Origin: Acholeplasmataceae bacterium | Lineage (GTDB): Bacteria > Bacillota_I > Bacilli_A > Acholeplasmatales > Acholeplasmataceae | Assembly: GCA_963667565.1 (NCBI GenBank) | Contig: OY763415.1 | Coordinates: 224,001 to 288,000, forward strand | Length of the DNA stretch: 64,000 bases | Direction of reading: 5' to 3' | Shown: one piece after another, positions 29,740 to 41,893 of the stretch | Layout: each line of letters begins with the position of its first letter | How positions within the stretch are numbered: the stretch's first letter is position 1 | The notes under the pieces: model-generated | The model's input: the letters and a program-made list of their open reading frames with translations, nothing else | Told to the model about the DNA's origin: nothing | The model's database searches: none | Program-made: the position numbers and the translations under genes

Positions 29740-30072
29740 ATGATGTATATCATTAGTAGAATGATTAAAATAGAGAAAGATTACACACAAAAATTAATTG
29801 ATAAATTTGATAAAGTATCACCAGTGTTTCAATTTAAAGGATTTGTCAAAAGAGAAATATCAGTTGATCATACGCAGAAACAATTTGATTTAGTTAATAT
29901 AAGTACTTACTTTGAAAATAAAGAGGCTTATTTACAATGGGAAAGTAGCCCTGAACATATAGCAATGCATAAAGATAAGAATCATTTTCACCATCAAAAA
30001 CCTGAAGGTGTCATCGGCATTAATGCTCATTTTTATGAATTAAAATTATTGCAACCATATCAGAAGAATTGA
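29740..30072 (+). CDS. Antibiotic biosynthesis monooxygenase (IsdG-like) family protein
   Basis: GF...W.SSPEH..MH pattern; GGAGG RBS before ATG 29740/29743. Confidence 0.7.
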   Translation: MMYIISRMIKIEKDYTQKLIDKFDKVSPVFQFKGFVKREISVDHTQKQFDLVNISTYFENKEAYLQWESSPEHIAMHKDKNHFHHQKPEGVIGINAHFYELKLLQPYQKN

Positions 30073-30142
30073 TCAATTTGTCATTGCATACTATAAAGTA
30101 TGAAAAAACTGAATAATATTCTATGTTTACATTTGAATTTTA

Positions 30143-30171
30143 TTGACAAAAAAGGTTTAATTTGGTATCAT
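30143..30171 (+). promoter_or_regulatory. Sigma70-type promoter of secG
   Basis: TTGACA-17 bp-TATCAT. Confidence 0.7.
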
Positions 30172-30196
30172 TAATTGAAATTTTAGGAGGCATTAT

Positions 30197-30421
30197 ATGT
30201 TGTGGATTGATTATTTAATTATTGTGTTTTCAATAGTTATGGTGGTACTTGTAATGTTACAAAGTTCAAATGATGATATGGCTAGTGCATTTAGTGGTGA
30301 AAAATCAGAACTATTCAAAAATAAAAAAGAACGCGGATTTGATTTATTTCTAACTAGAGCATCGATCGTTGTAGCAGTATTATTAATTGCTTCAGTCGTT
30401 TTATCAAACAACTTACATTAA
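30197..30421 (+). CDS. secG: Preprotein translocase subunit SecG
   Basis: Two TM helices, LQ.S...AFSG..ELF...K.RG. Confidence 0.9.
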   Translation: MLWIDYLIIVFSIVMVVLVMLQSSNDDMASAFSGEKSELFKNKKERGFDLFLTRASIVVAVLLIASVVLSNNLH

Positions 30422-30423
30422 TC

Positions 30424-30453
30424 AAAAAAGTGTTTCTAAGAAGCACTTTTTTT
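30424..30453 (+). terminator. Intrinsic terminator
   Basis: AAAAAAGTGTTTC-TAA-GAAGCACTTTTTT. Confidence 0.75.
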
Positions 30454-30469
30454 ATCGTTAGGTGAAGAC

Positions 30470-31171
30470 ATGAGTCAAAGATATTTTGTTGAGAAACTAA
30501 ATGGTGTCATTGATCATCAAGATGCTCATCATATAATCAAAGTCATGAGAATGAAAGATCAAGATGAAATTATTGTTTGTGCTAAACAAGCATGTATTTT
30601 AGCATCTATTGAAATACATGATAAACAAGTCTTTTATAAAGAGATTAAAAAACTTGAGTATAAATCACATTTTGATGTGACAATCATTCAAGGATTACCT
30701 AAAAAAAATAAAATGGAATTTGTCAGTAAGTATGCTACTGTATATGGTGCTGCTTCACTTTATTTTTGTGGTATGGATAGAAGTATTGTTAAACTAGAAA
30801 ATGATGGATTTAAAAAAGAAAGATTAACAGCGATTGCCAAAGAAGCTGCTGAACTTGCTCACAGGTCATTTGTACCAGAAGTTTTGATGTTTCAAAGTTT
30901 AAAACACATTGATCTTAAGCAATTTGATGTTGTTATTGTTGCTGATGAAGATGAACATAGGGTAGAAATAAATACATTATTACCTTTAGATATTGAAAAA
31001 AAATACGCAGTTATTATTGGACCAGAAGGTGGTATAAGTGAACAAGAAAGAAAGTATTTCAAATCTATAAATGCACACTTTATAACACTTGGACACTACA
31101 TTTTACCAACAGAATCAGCATCTCTATCTGTATTAAGTTTTTTCATGCATCAAAATCACAAATTATTTTGA
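30470..31171 (+). CDS. rsmE: 16S rRNA m3U1498 methyltransferase
   Basis: HI..VMR, EAAE, IGPEGG, LG..IL..ESA. Confidence 0.9.
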   Translation: MSQRYFVEKLNGVIDHQDAHHIIKVMRMKDQDEIIVCAKQACILASIEIHDKQVFYKEIKKLEYKSHFDVTIIQGLPKKNKMEFVSKYATVYGAASLYFCGMDRSIVKLENDGFKKERLTAIAKEAAELAHRSFVPEVLMFQSLKHIDLKQFDVVIVADEDEHRVEINTLLPLDIEKKYAVIIGPEGGISEQERKYFKSINAHFITLGHYILPTESASLSVLSFFMHQNHKLF

Positions 31172-31196
31172 CAAACGTTTAAAAATCATATATAAT
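31168..31196 (+). promoter_or_regulatory. Consensus sigma70 promoter of rpsU
   Basis: TTGACA-17 bp-TATAAT. Confidence 0.85.
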
Positions 31197-31237
31197 AAAT
31201 GCGGCTTGACATACTAAGCGTGGAAGGAGGGCAGTAC

Positions 31238-31411
31238 ATGCCAAAGACAGTAGTTCGCGATAAAGAATCATTAGAAGATGCTTTAAGACGTTTTAAACGT
31301 GATGTTTCTAAAGCTGGAAACCTCCAAGAAGCACGCAAACGTGAGTTTTACGTAAAACCAAGTGTTCAACGTAAAGACGCAGCTCGTGCAGCACGCGCAA
31401 AGAAAAAGTAA
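31238..31411 (+). CDS. rpsU: 30S ribosomal protein S21
   Basis: [12 protein letters not shown]...[19 protein letters not shown] before ATG 31238. Confidence 0.96.
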   Translation: MPKTVVRDKESLEDALRRFKRDVSKAGNLQEARKREFYVKPSVQRKDAARAARAKKK

Positions 31412-31416
31412 ACTTC

Positions 31417-31446
31417 AAGACACACCTCGTTAAGGTGTGTTTTTTT
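31417..31446 (+). terminator. Intrinsic terminator
   Basis: AAGACACACCT-CGTTA-AGGTGTGTTTT. Confidence 0.85.
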
Positions 31447-31531
31447 ATCATTATCAGTAAAAAAGAGCAGTAAATCTTTAAAATTAATGCGTGTAATGGT
31501 ATAATTAAATACACAATAAGGAGCGTATTTA

Positions 31532-32485
31532 ATGAAATTAAACCAACAAATAAATCATGCTGAATCCATCAGCCGATTAGTCGGTGTTCAAGATAGAAAC
31601 TTATTAGTTTTCAAGCAATATTTGGGAATCAACGTATCGCTTAGAGGTGAGGATATCATCACAGATGCAAAAAAAGATCAAATAGCGCTTTTGGAAACTA
31701 TTTTTGCTGTTTTAATTGAACTTGCAAACTTAAATATTCAACTTTATGAACGTGATGTTATGTATATCATCAAACTTGCTGAAAAAGACGAATTAGACGG
31801 TATTATTGACTTATATAAATCAAGAACAGCAATCTTAGTCAATGATCAAGGAAAAGCTGTTTATCCTAAAACATTTAATCAGCAATATTATATTAAAGCA
31901 ATTGATCATTACGATTTAACTTTTGGCATTGGACCTGCAGGAACAGGAAAGACCTATTTAGCTGTTTCAAGTGCAGTAGCTGCACTTAAAAAAGGTAAGG
32001 TTAAAAAACTAATTTTAACAAGACCTGTTGTTGAAGCCGGTGAAAACTTAGGTTTCTTACCGGGTGACTTAAAAGAAAAAATAGATCCATATCTTGTACC
32101 ATTATATGATGCATTATATGAGATGTTAGGTGTTGCTCAAACAACATCACTTATGGAAAAAGGTGTGATTGAGATAGCACCATTAGCTTATATGAGAGGG
32201 CGAACATTAGAAAATGCTTTCGTTATTTTAGATGAAGCTCAAAACACTACTAAAGCACAAATGAAGATGTTTTTAACAAGACTTGGATTTGCATCTAAAA
32301 TGGTGATTACAGGGGATCCATCACAAACGGATTTAGCTAGCAATCATTTATCTGGATTATCTCAAGCGATTCATTTATTAGAAACACTTGAAGATGTAAA
32401 AGTAATTAGGTTTGAACGCATTGATGTGATTAGACATCCGCTTGTTCAACATATTCTTGAAAGGTATGAACAAAATGAAAGTTAA
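31532..32485 (+). CDS. phoH: PhoH-family ATPase
   Basis: [30 protein letters not shown]. Confidence 0.95.
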   Translation: MKLNQQINHAESISRLVGVQDRNLLVFKQYLGINVSLRGEDIITDAKKDQIALLETIFAVLIELANLNIQLYERDVMYIIKLAEKDELDGIIDLYKSRTAILVNDQGKAVYPKTFNQQYYIKAIDHYDLTFGIGPAGTGKTYLAVSSAVAALKKGKVKKLILTRPVVEAGENLGFLPGDLKEKIDPYLVPLYDALYEMLGVAQTTSLMEKGVIEIAPLAYMRGRTLENAFVILDEAQNTTKAQMKMFLTRLGFASKMVITGDPSQTDLASNHLSGLSQAIHLLETLEDVKVIRFERIDVIRHPLVQHILERYEQNES

Positions 32486-32897
32486 TTTTTATAATCAAAC
32501 AGATGTAGATGTTACTGATGTAAAAAAATTAATTACACGAATATTTAAAAAAGTATTTGATTTGCATTCAATGCAAGTCGTCTTTGTATCTTTAGAACAA
32601 ATTCATGAAATGAATCAAACATATCGTCAAATAGATAGACCGACAGATGTCTTAAGTTTTCCAAATGATGACGATAAGGATCGATCACTTGGAGATATCT
32701 TCATTTGCCTAGATAAGGCAAATGAACAAGCAAAAGACTATGGTCATTCATATGAAAGAGAAGTTGGGTTTTTATCTGTCCATGGATATCTTCATCTAAA
32801 GGGGTATGATCATCATACTGATGAAGAAGAAAAAGTGATGGTAAAAGCTCAAGAAAAAATACTAAAAAAAGCAAAACTTGAAAGGGTGAAAATATGA
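32475..32897 (+). CDS. ybeY: rRNA maturation endoribonuclease YbeY
   Basis: [24 protein letters not shown]. Confidence 0.95.
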   Translation: MKVNFYNQTDVDVTDVKKLITRIFKKVFDLHSMQVVFVSLEQIHEMNQTYRQIDRPTDVLSFPNDDDKDRSLGDIFICLDKANEQAKDYGHSYEREVGFLSVHGYLHLKGYDHHTDEEEKVMVKAQEKILKKAKLERVKI

Positions 32898-33286
32898 AAG
32901 GTTTAGAAGAAGCGAAGAAGGCGAGACTTCATGCTTATACACCATATTCTAAATTTAAAGTAGGTGCAGCGATTGAATTAAAAGATGGAACTTTTATTCA
33001 TGGAGCAAATATTGAAAATGCGGCACTGGGTTTATGTAATTGTGCAGAAAGAAGTGCATTATTTTCATTGTATAGCCAAGGCTATAAAAAAGAAGACATT
33101 AAAGAAATGACCATTGTAGCAGATACAAATCAACCAGTATCTCCATGTGGTGCATGTCGTCAAGTCATGTCAGAATTACTACCAAAAGATACTAAAATTA
33201 CGTTAGCAAATCTACATGGAGATACAAAAGTAGTATCTAAAGAAGAGTTGCTTCCATATGCTTTTGAAACATTTGAAGAGGAATAA
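32894..33286 (+). CDS. cdd: Cytidine deaminase
   Basis: [23 protein letters not shown]. Confidence 0.95.
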   Translation: MKGLEEAKKARLHAYTPYSKFKVGAAIELKDGTFIHGANIENAALGLCNCAERSALFSLYSQGYKKEDIKEMTIVADTNQPVSPCGACRQVMSELLPKDTKITLANLHGDTKVVSKEELLPYAFETFEEE

Positions 33287-33287
33287 T

Positions 33288-34178
33288 ATGGCATATCGTT
33301 CAGGATTTATTGCGATTGTAGGTAGACCTAATGTGGGAAAATCCACATTAATTAACGCTTTAATCAATAAGAAAATAGCCATCACTTCAGATAAACCACA
33401 AACCACAAGACATCGCATATCAGGGCTTGTTACAGAAGATGATTATCAAATGATCTTTGTTGATACACCGGGTATGCATAAAGGTAAAGATTTACTCAAT
33501 CAAACGATTGATAAAATTGCGGTCCAAAGTCTTCAAGATGTTGATTTGGTTTTATTTGTTGTTGATAAAAAATTTGGTGCTGCTGAAGAACATATCATCA
33601 AGTATTTTGAACATGTTAAAGTGCCTGTTTTTTTAGTTATCAATAAAATTGATCAATACGCTTCAAGATCAGCTATTGATGAAATCATACTCAGCTATTT
33701 AAATACATTCAAATTTGAAGGATTTTTTCCTATATCTGCAAAAGATAAAACACATTTAGATAAACTTAAAGAAAACTTAGTGCCTTATTTACCTGAAGGT
33801 CCAATGTATTATCCAAAAGATATGGATAGTGACCAAAGTGAAACGACACTCATGAGTGAATTTATTAGAGAAAAGATACTACATTTAACTGAACAAGAAG
33901 TACCTCATTCAGTGGCTGTTGTCATTGAAAGATTAGAATATAATAAAGAAAATAAAACACTAGATGTTGATGCTTTAATTATTGTGGAAAGAGCCTCACA
34001 AAAGAAAATACTGATTGGACATCAAGGTGACAAAATAAAACAAATTGGAACTTTAGCCAGAAAAGAAATCAATAAGGAATTAGATAAAAAAATTCACTTA
34101 TCTCTATGGATTAAAATTAAAAAAGATTGGCGAAATAGAGAGAGTGATTTAAAAGCATATGGTGTAGGTGATTTTTAG
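33288..34178 (+). CDS. era: GTPase Era
   Basis: GRPNVGKST, PQTTR, DTPG, NKID, KH domain. Confidence 0.96.
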   Translation: MAYRSGFIAIVGRPNVGKSTLINALINKKIAITSDKPQTTRHRISGLVTEDDYQMIFVDTPGMHKGKDLLNQTIDKIAVQSLQDVDLVLFVVDKKFGAAEEHIIKYFEHVKVPVFLVINKIDQYASRSAIDEIILSYLNTFKFEGFFPISAKDKTHLDKLKENLVPYLPEGPMYYPKDMDSDQSETTLMSEFIREKILHLTEQEVPHSVAVVIERLEYNKENKTLDVDALIIVERASQKKILIGHQGDKIKQIGTLARKEINKELDKKIHLSLWIKIKKDWRNRESDLKAYGVGDF

Positions 34179-34837
34179 TGGAAGGTATTATTTATAAAAT
34201 TCAACCATACCAAGAATCTTCGAGATTACTTTTTGTTTATACTCAAATTGGAAAACTCACTTTACTTGCAAAAGGTGCTCAAAAATTAAACCAAAAGACA
34301 CGTGTTATAAGTCAATTTTTAACACGTCTTTCTTTTGATATGCCAGCAACACAAAAGACGTTTATCACACTTAAAAATCCAGTTGTCATTGAAGACTATC
34401 AAGCAATTAAAAATGATTATAAAATGACACAATATGCTGCACTCATTTTAGAAATTGTTGACAAATTTATGATTGATATTGAATCTCATCAAATGATTTA
34501 TGATGAAGTTGTCAAAGCACTCTCGTTTAATGATATTAAACGTTCATCAATATCATTTGCATTAAAGATATTAAAACCACTAGGATATGCACTTAATTTA
34601 AATGCCGATGGAAGCGTTGTGAAAGGTGTAAGTATCCAAAAAGGTGGGTTAGTTTACGAAAATGAAGCATATTCTGCTGATTTGGACACAAAAGATGCGA
34701 TTTCACTTTTAAAACTATCGTATTTACCGTATAATGAACATAGCGATGTTTTAGATGACTCAATTCAAAGAATTGAATATTTTATTAAGAGATATTATGA
34801 GTATCACTTGCATACAACATTAAAAAATTTATCATAG
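34178..34837 (+). CDS. recO: DNA repair protein RecO
   Basis: N-terminal OB-fold pattern (Y.ES....T...GK....AKGA); position after era; GTG start. Confidence 0.82.
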   Translation: MEGIIYKIQPYQESSRLLFVYTQIGKLTLLAKGAQKLNQKTRVISQFLTRLSFDMPATQKTFITLKNPVVIEDYQAIKNDYKMTQYAALILEIVDKFMIDIESHQMIYDEVVKALSFNDIKRSSISFALKILKPLGYALNLNADGSVVKGVSIQKGGLVYENEAYSADLDTKDAISLLKLSYLPYNEHSDVLDDSIQRIEYFIKRYYEYHLHTTLKNLS

Positions 34838-34848
34838 GATGGGAAGAT

Positions 34849-36219
34849 ATGACTTCATTAGATCAAATTGTACAATTTGCAAAAACAACAGGATTTATAT
34901 TTCAAGGTAGTGAACTTTATGGTGGTTTAGCAAACACTTGGGATTACGGTCCTCTAGGAAGTGTTTTGAAAAGAAACATCAAGGCCGCTTGGATTCAAAA
35001 ATTCCAAAGACAATCCCCATATAACGTTTTATTTGATAGTTCTATTTTGCTTAACTCAAAAGTTTGGGAAGCAAGTGGGCATGTCGGTGGATTTAATGAT
35101 CCATTGACTGAATGTCGTTCATGTAACCAACGTTTTAGAGCTGATAAATTAATTGAAGCACATCATCCAAATGTGAATGCAGATGGATGGAGCACAGAAA
35201 AAATGTATCAATATTTACTTGACAATGAAGTCAAATGTCCAAGTTGTGGTGCCCATGATTTTCTGCCAATCCGTGCATTTAACATGATGTTTAAAACTAA
35301 ACAAGGTGTTGTTGAAGATACTGCAGATGACATTTATTTAAGACCAGAAACTGCACAAGGTATTTTCATCAATTTTAAAAATATACAACGCTCAACAAGA
35401 AAAAAATTACCTTTTGGTGTTTGCCAAGTTGGTAAATCTTTTAGAAATGAAATCACTCCTGGTAATTTCATTTTTAGAACAAGAGAATTTGAACAAATGG
35501 AAATGGAATTTTTCTGTAAACCAGGAACTGAACTAGAATGGTTTAAATACTGGAAACAATTCGTGATGGATTGGCTTTTAAATCTTGGACTCAATCCAGA
35601 TGATTTGAGATTTGATGATCATAAACCAGAAGCTTTATCACATTACTCAAATGCGACGACGGATGTTCAGTTTAAATTTCCTTGGGGATTTGATGAACTT
35701 TGGGGTATTGCATCAAGAACAAATTATGATTTAAAAGCACATCAATTACATTCAGGTGAAAGTATGGAATACTTAGATCCTGAAACAAATGAAAAATATT
35801 TACCATATGTCGTTGAACCAGCTGTTGGTGTTGAAAGACTTGTACTTGCATTTTTAATGAGCGCTTACGATGTCGAAACTTTAGCAGATGGTGAGGAAAG
35901 ACAAGTACTTAGATTACATCCTCAACTTTCACCATATAAAGTTGCAGTATTACCACTTGTTAAAAAATTACATGCTGAAAAGTCTTTAGAAATTTATGAT
36001 TTATTAAGCGAAGATTTTGATGTAACTTATGATGAAACTCAAAACATTGGTAAACGTTATAGAAGACAAGATGCGATTGGAACATATTTATGCATCACCG
36101 TGGATCATGACACTGAATCATTACAATCAGTGACTGTAAGAAACAGAGACACGATGGAACAAGTCAGAATTCCAATTAGCGAGTTAAAAGCATATATTAA
36201 AGAGCAAATTAAATATTAA
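34849..36219 (+). CDS. glyQS: Glycine--tRNA ligase (homodimeric type)
   Basis: [36 protein letters not shown]. Confidence 0.95.
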   Translation: MTSLDQIVQFAKTTGFIFQGSELYGGLANTWDYGPLGSVLKRNIKAAWIQKFQRQSPYNVLFDSSILLNSKVWEASGHVGGFNDPLTECRSCNQRFRADKLIEAHHPNVNADGWSTEKMYQYLLDNEVKCPSCGAHDFLPIRAFNMMFKTKQGVVEDTADDIYLRPETAQGIFINFKNIQRSTRKKLPFGVCQVGKSFRNEITPGNFIFRTREFEQMEMEFFCKPGTELEWFKYWKQFVMDWLLNLGLNPDDLRFDDHKPEALSHYSNATTDVQFKFPWGFDELWGIASRTNYDLKAHQLHSGESMEYLDPETNEKYLPYVVEPAVGVERLVLAFLMSAYDVETLADGEERQVLRLHPQLSPYKVAVLPLVKKLHAEKSLEIYDLLSEDFDVTYDETQNIGKRYRRQDAIGTYLCITVDHDTESLQSVTVRNRDTMEQVRIPISELKAYIKEQIKY

Positions 36220-36254
36220 TGGTACAACACTAAAAAATGAAAAGGAGGGATATC

Positions 36255-38015
36255 ATGGATCAAAAGCTCATTGACGAAATCAATAGTAAAACCCAAATCC
36301 TTGATGTGGTTTCAGAATTTGTAGATTTACAAAAACGTGGAAAAAACTACATGGGATTATGTCCTTTTCATGATGAAAAAACACCAAGTTTTTCAGTTTC
36401 TCCTGAAAAAAACATCTGTAAATGTATGGGATGTGGAGAAGGTGGGAACCCCATTAATTTTTACAGAAAGATTAAAAATATTTCTTTGCAAGAAGCAGCT
36501 GAAGTTTTAGCCGAACGTGCAGGGATTGAGATTAAAAAAACAGTTGTAAAGAAAAATCCTAATGAAAAACTTTTCAAAATGATGGAAGAAGCAGCAACGT
36601 TTTACCAGTTTAATTTAAAAAATAGTAAAGCTGGTGAAGAAGCTTTTGCTTATTTGATTCAAAGAGAATTAAGCCCAAAAACCATCGATCATTTTAAATT
36701 AGGATATGCACCAAGTTTTGGAGACACGCTATATCAAGTGTTAAAAGACAAAGGATATGCAGTATCAGATATGATAAAACTTGGTATTGTCAAACAAAAT
36801 AATGATGGTAAATACTATGATTTATTTAGTGATCGTGTCATTTTTCCAGTCACAGATCCTGAAGGTAGAGTTGTAGGATTTAGTGGCAGAACGCTTTCAT
36901 CTAAAGAACAGGTTAAATATATTAACAGTCCTGAAACAGTGATCTTTAAAAAAGGATTCTTGCTCTATCATTTGTATGAATCATTATCAGACATTAGAAA
37001 AAATAAGCAAATGATACTTTTTGAAGGCTTTTTTGATGTGATTAGCTCATATCAAGCAGGCATTACAAATGGTGTAGCTACCATGGGCACAGCACTGACT
37101 AAAAATCAAGCACAACTGATGAGAAAATATAGTCCTTCAGTCGTCATTGCCTATGATGGAGATAGTGCTGGATTAAAAGCAACTGATCATGCCATTCCAC
37201 TTTTAGAACAGACAGGGATTAAAACAGAAGTTTTAGTCATTCCAGAAAAAATGGATCCAGATGAATTCATTAAGAATTATGGACCAGAACGATATGAAAC
37301 ATTGTTTGGTGAATTTGTCGTTGATCCTTATCAATTTAGATTTGATTACTATAGACAAGGTCTCGATTTAAAAAATACCAATGATGTAAAGTTATTTAAA
37401 ACACGAGTAACAAAAATGATCGCTGGAGCAGATCCTGCAATTATTGCAATTTATAAAAATAAATTAGCAAAAACACTTCATATTGACGAAAGCGACATTG
37501 TTGTTAAAAAAGAGCGAATTGAACCAAAGATTCCTCCAAAACCTATCGATATTGAGATTAAAAGAAATATCATTGATAAATATGAAAAAGCAGAGCGTTT
37601 ACTCATTATTGTCATGCTTAGATCTAAAGCGGATGCAAAATATGTAACATCCATGCTTACCACTAATGATTATGCAGATCCAGTGGTTTCATCGATTCGC
37701 TTAAAAATCCAAGATTATTACTTAGACCATGATATAATAGATATCGATGATTTCAAAGATCATTTAACACATGATCAAAGATCATATTTTGAAAAATATA
37801 TCATGACAGACTTATTTTATGAAAAAGAAATAGAGATACCAAGAAGCTCATATCATCCATACATTGACTTGCTTAAAAATACGGCAAGTAAAAGAAGATT
37901 GGAATATCTTAAGAGCATGATGACAGAAGATGGATTTCTAGACAAAAATCTTGAACTTGAGTATCACACTTTAGTATCCAAAATGAAAATAAATGGAGGA
38001 AACAATGGACATTAA
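36255..38015 (+). CDS. dnaG: DNA primase
   Basis: CPFH zinc finger, [26 protein letters not shown]. Confidence 0.96.
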   Translation: MDQKLIDEINSKTQILDVVSEFVDLQKRGKNYMGLCPFHDEKTPSFSVSPEKNICKCMGCGEGGNPINFYRKIKNISLQEAAEVLAERAGIEIKKTVVKKNPNEKLFKMMEEAATFYQFNLKNSKAGEEAFAYLIQRELSPKTIDHFKLGYAPSFGDTLYQVLKDKGYAVSDMIKLGIVKQNNDGKYYDLFSDRVIFPVTDPEGRVVGFSGRTLSSKEQVKYINSPETVIFKKGFLLYHLYESLSDIRKNKQMILFEGFFDVISSYQAGITNGVATMGTALTKNQAQLMRKYSPSVVIAYDGDSAGLKATDHAIPLLEQTGIKTEVLVIPEKMDPDEFIKNYGPERYETLFGEFVVDPYQFRFDYYRQGLDLKNTNDVKLFKTRVTKMIAGADPAIIAIYKNKLAKTLHIDESDIVVKKERIEPKIPPKPIDIEIKRNIIDKYEKAERLLIIVMLRSKADAKYVTSMLTTNDYADPVVSSIRLKIQDYYLDHDIIDIDDFKDHLTHDQRSYFEKYIMTDLFYEKEIEIPRSSYHPYIDLLKNTASKRRLEYLKSMMTEDGFLDKNLELEYHTLVSKMKINGGNNGH

Positions 38016-39252
38016 AAAAGCAATTGCTACATTATCTAAAAAAGCTGGGGAAGATAAATTTGTAACGATCGAAGATGTCGTCGTTTATGCAAAACCAGGG
38101 ACACAAGAATATTATCAAATTGAAAAAGAATTATTAGATCAAAACATCGATATTATTGAAACCATCGACGATGAAGAGGAAGAAGCTCCGGCATTAATAC
38201 TAGATGACGAAGAGGAAGACGATGACGTTTTATCAGATGATGATGAACCAGATGATTTATCACTTTCAGGTTTAGAAGTTGAAGAAGAAGAACTTGAAAA
38301 TTTAGAAGAAATTGCTGCAACTGTAAAAACAGATGATCCAGTACGTATGTATTTAAAAGAAATTGGACAAATTCCACTTTTAAATCAAGAACAAGAACAA
38401 GATTATGCGATTAAAGTCTCTAATGGTCGTTATGCTAAAGAACAATTAGATGCCGTTCTCGCTGGCGAACTTGATATTTCTGAACAAGATCAACAAGAAT
38501 TAAAAGATATTACAGACTTGGCACAATATGCTAAAAATAAACTTGTAGAAGCAAATTATCGTTTGGTAGTTTCAATTGCAAAACGTTATGTTGGTCGTGG
38601 TCTTTTATTCTTAGATTTGATCCAAGAAGGTAACATGGGACTCATGCGTGCTGTAGATAAATTTGATTATGAAAAAGGGTTCAAATTTTCTACATATGCT
38701 ACATGGTGGATTAGACAAGCGATCACCAGAGCTGTTGCTGATCAAGCTAGAACTATTAGAATTCCAGTTCATATGGTTGAAACTATTAATAAGATGATTA
38801 GAATTCAAAGACAATTAATTCAAGACTTAGGAAGAGAACCTAGCGTTGAAGAAATTGCTGAAAGAATGGGTATCACACCAGATAAGGTACAAAATATTCA
38901 AAGAATTGCTAAAGAACCTATTTCTTTAGAAGCTCATGTGGGTGAAGAAGAAGATTCATCCCTTGGAGATTTTATCAGTGATCCAAATGCTTTAACACCA
39001 CATGAAGTGATGATTCAAGATATGATTAAACAAGTGTTAGATGAAGTACTAGAAACCTTGACTGATCGTGAAGAAAAAGTGCTAAGATTAAGATATGGAT
39101 TATATGATGGCAAAAATCATACACTTGAAGAAGTTGGTAGAGAATTTGGTGTTACTAGAGAACGTATTCGTCAAATTGAAGCCAAAGCTTTAAGAAAATT
39201 AAGAAGTCCTTCAAGACAAAACAAACTTAAAGAAATTTACCATGGCAAATAA
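38005..39252 (+). CDS. rpoD: Primary sigma factor RpoD/SigA
   Basis: [37 protein letters not shown]. Confidence 0.97.
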   Translation: MDIKKAIATLSKKAGEDKFVTIEDVVVYAKPGTQEYYQIEKELLDQNIDIIETIDDEEEEAPALILDDEEEDDDVLSDDDEPDDLSLSGLEVEEEELENLEEIAATVKTDDPVRMYLKEIGQIPLLNQEQEQDYAIKVSNGRYAKEQLDAVLAGELDISEQDQQELKDITDLAQYAKNKLVEANYRLVVSIAKRYVGRGLLFLDLIQEGNMGLMRAVDKFDYEKGFKFSTYATWWIRQAITRAVADQARTIRIPVHMVETINKMIRIQRQLIQDLGREPSVEEIAERMGITPDKVQNIQRIAKEPISLEAHVGEEEDSSLGDFISDPNALTPHEVMIQDMIKQVLDEVLETLTDREEKVLRLRYGLYDGKNHTLEEVGREFGVTRERIRQIEAKALRKLRSPSRQNKLKEIYHGK

Positions 39253-39862
39253 TCCAAGACTATCATTACTTGCAAGTTTATTAAAAGGCTATGATACAGT
39301 CTTAGATATTGGAACTGATCATGGCTTTGTTTTAAGAGAAGCACTTGATTTAGGATATATCAAAAAAGGGATTGCAGCTGATATTGGTGAGCAACCATTA
39401 CAAAAAGCGAAGAATAATCTTATAGGCTATCCTGTTGAGTTTATCTTATCTAATGGTTTTGAGCATGTCAATTTGAGTTATGATGCAGTTGTTATTGCCG
39501 GAATGGGTGTATATACCATTTCTGAAATTCTTAAGCAAAATCACGAAAGTAAAACATATTTTCTACAACCTAATGATAAATATGATAGTTTAAGAATGTA
39601 CTTAATGGAACATGGTTTTAAAATTATTGATGAATTTGTTATTTTTGATAAATTTTATTATGTCATCATGAAAGTGATTAAAGAAGAAATGAATTTATCA
39701 GAAGAAGATATATATGTAGGACCAGTATTAAAAACAAAAAAAGAAGCAAAACCTTATTTTCTTCACATGATTCATCAATATGAGAAAATCATGGAAGTCT
39801 GTGATGAAAAGTCAAAACTAAAATTTGGTAAGATTATCAAATATTATAAAAAATATGTATAA
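39242..39862 (+). CDS. trmK: tRNA (adenine22-N1)-methyltransferase
   Basis: DIGTDHG, IAGMG, LQPN; located after rpoD. Confidence 0.88.
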   Translation: MANNPRLSLLASLLKGYDTVLDIGTDHGFVLREALDLGYIKKGIAADIGEQPLQKAKNNLIGYPVEFILSNGFEHVNLSYDAVVIAGMGVYTISEILKQNHESKTYFLQPNDKYDSLRMYLMEHGFKIIDEFVIFDKFYYVIMKVIKEEMNLSEEDIYVGPVLKTKKEAKPYFLHMIHQYEKIMEVCDEKSKLKFGKIIKYYKKYV

Positions 39863-39896
39863 AAAAAATAAAAATAGATAGAGGGAGGTTGCACAC

Positions 39897-40337
39897 ATGA
39901 ACCATAAAAATTATCAAAACTTACAAAAAATCGATCGTGCACTAAAAATATTCAGAAGATCTGGCGTTTACGATAGAATGAGTACTGAACTAAGTGATGC
40001 AGATATCATGGTATTATTTTGTGTCGCGTTTTGCGATATGAGTGAGAAAGTCATGATCACAGATATTGCAAAAAGATTAAAAGTAACATTACCTGCTGTT
40101 ACACATAAAGTTAATGAACTTGTTGAAAAAAATTATATCGAAAAAATCCCTTCAGAAAAGGATTTACGTGTTGTATATATTAAATTAACAAGCGAAGGAA
40201 AAACTTATGTTGAATCAATTAGAGATGAGTATTATCGTCCAATTGAAATATTAGCAAACCATTTAGGACAAGAAGATACTGATACTTTTATAAGACTTTT
40301 AGACAAAGTTTCTGAGATTGGTAAAATTAAAGGATAA
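39897..40337 (+). CDS. MarR-family transcriptional regulator
   Basis: Winged HTH with D.R...I.LT..G. Confidence 0.85.
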   Translation: MNHKNYQNLQKIDRALKIFRRSGVYDRMSTELSDADIMVLFCVAFCDMSEKVMITDIAKRLKVTLPAVTHKVNELVEKNYIEKIPSEKDLRVVYIKLTSEGKTYVESIRDEYYRPIEILANHLGQEDTDTFIRLLDKVSEIGKIKG

Positions 40338-40354
40338 ACTTTTTCCAAAATGTC

Positions 40355-40383
40355 TTTACAATTAGTCGCGTTTACGTTATAAT
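40355..40383 (+). promoter_or_regulatory. Promoter of tRNA-Arg
   Basis: TTTACA-17 bp-TATAAT. Confidence 0.7.
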
Positions 40384-40402
40384 AAATAACGCTGACTGAT
40401 TT

Positions 40403-40479
<77 letters not shown>

Positions 40480-40490
40480 TTAGAATAATC

Positions 40491-40531
40491 AACCTGGAAA
40501 TCTAACACCCATGAAGGATTACCAGGTTTTT
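40491..40531 (+). terminator. Probable terminator after the tRNA
   Basis: AACCTGG...CCAGGTT followed by a T run. Confidence 0.6.
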
Positions 40532-40565
40532 ATTTTATATAATTTTTATATGTAAGGGGGTATAT

Positions 40566-40838
40566 GTGATGTCTAAATTTATAAAAGTAGAAGCAATTGA
40601 TTTTACTCCAGGTCTTGATCCAATAATTAGTGAAATAATACTTAATGTTGATGATATTAGTTACATTGAAGGAGTTACTGTTCGCATGAAATCACTTGCA
40701 GTTAGAGCAAAAGATTATTGGGAAAAAGAAGATAGAAAAACTAAAGTACTAAAAACTAATAGACATTTTGAGTAAGAACATTTTGATTTAACTGCTGAAT
40801 CATTAGAGCATTTATTATCAGAACTTGAAATTTCTTAA
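40566..40838 (+). pseudogene. Small hypothetical gene, possibly interrupted by an in-frame TAA at 40773-40775
   Basis: Frame stays open for 20 more codons (EHFDLTAESLEHLLSELEIS) after the stop. Confidence 0.4.
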
Positions 40839-41308
40839 TTATATCTTCTATTATATCTAAGATTGTAATTGTTACCTCTAGGATTATTTTGTAGTCTTAC
40901 TTAAATTCTAGAATCAGGAATTGGATTCTCAATTAGAAAATCTCTTAATGGTTTATTTGAATTTATATAATCTATTAACCAAGCAATCGTTTTATCAGAT
41001 TTTTTATTAGTTAATCTACCAACAAATTGTATCATCCGTTAGATCCTTTCACAACTTATCCTGGTAATTACATCATAATTAGTCCAGGAATTATTTTTAT
41101 AATTTAAGATAGTTTGATAAAAAAATATAATTAATGAATATAAAGAAATGCTTGGATCTGCTAAAACATTTGATTATTTTACAAAACTTATTGAATTATT
41201 AAATAAAAAATCAGAATTAAAAGAAATATTAAGGTTTACTTATTTTAAAGAATTGAAGTAATAAATTTATAGTGACAAATATTGTCACTTTTTTATTGTA
41301 ATAAAACA

Positions 41309-41488
41309 CTAGAGAAACAAGTTCATATCATACGTACGAGTATGAGTCCATCTAAAGTTTCCGTAACTAAACAAACCAACTAAAGAAATTAGAATAAATT
41401 GTATCATTTCAAAGATCATTAATACGATAGTAAAGATCGTCTGAAAGATAATTTTGATAATATTAAAAAAATATTCATGACGCTTCAC
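41309..41488 (-). CDS. Candidate 59-aa membrane peptide (below the ORF-track cut-off)
   Basis: GTG start overlapping the upstream TGA; MKRHEYFFNIIKIIFQTIFTIVLMIFEMIQFILISLVGLFSYGNFRWTHTRTYDMNLFL. Confidence 0.4.
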   Translation of the reverse strand: MKRHEYFFNIIKIIFQTIFTIVLMIFEMIQFILISLVGLFSYGNFRWTHTRTYDMNLFL

Positions 41489-41781
41489 TCCGTTATCATC
41501 TTAAGAAGCAGTTCCTTATTCTTCTGAGAATATATCTTGAGTCCTCGTGTTTTAGCAATATCGTTTAACTCTCTGATATTTTTACCAGATAAGTCTTCTG
41601 ATGATAAAAATTCAAGTTCTTCAGGTTTCCCTTCTATACCTAATTCATCCTGGGATAATCTTTTACTTTTTTCTACTAATTCAATATCAAGTTCAAGTTT
41701 CTTTTTATCATCATGTTGTTGTAATTCCTTATCTTTAGCTGTGATTTCTTTAATCTCAGCGTTTTTACATTTTTTATTTTG
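41485..41781 (-). pseudogene. Start-less gene fragment ending in a Rho N-terminal/HeH-like motif
   Basis: 98 open codons ending LSGKNIRELNDIAKTRGLKIYSQKNKELLLKMITE*; bounded upstream by TAA TAG with no usable start. Confidence 0.55.
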
Positions 41782-41893
41782 CTATTAAGAATACATATTA
41801 TGCATAAGTACTGAATAATAGGACATATGTGCCCTGTTTTTTACCTATGTTTATATGCTACAATAAAAATAAAGGAAAGTGCAGGGGATTTAA

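Noticed and set aside
41537..41788. Plus-strand 83-aa Ser-rich ORF
   Set aside because: Antisense shadow of the minus-strand E/K/L-rich frame 41485-41781.
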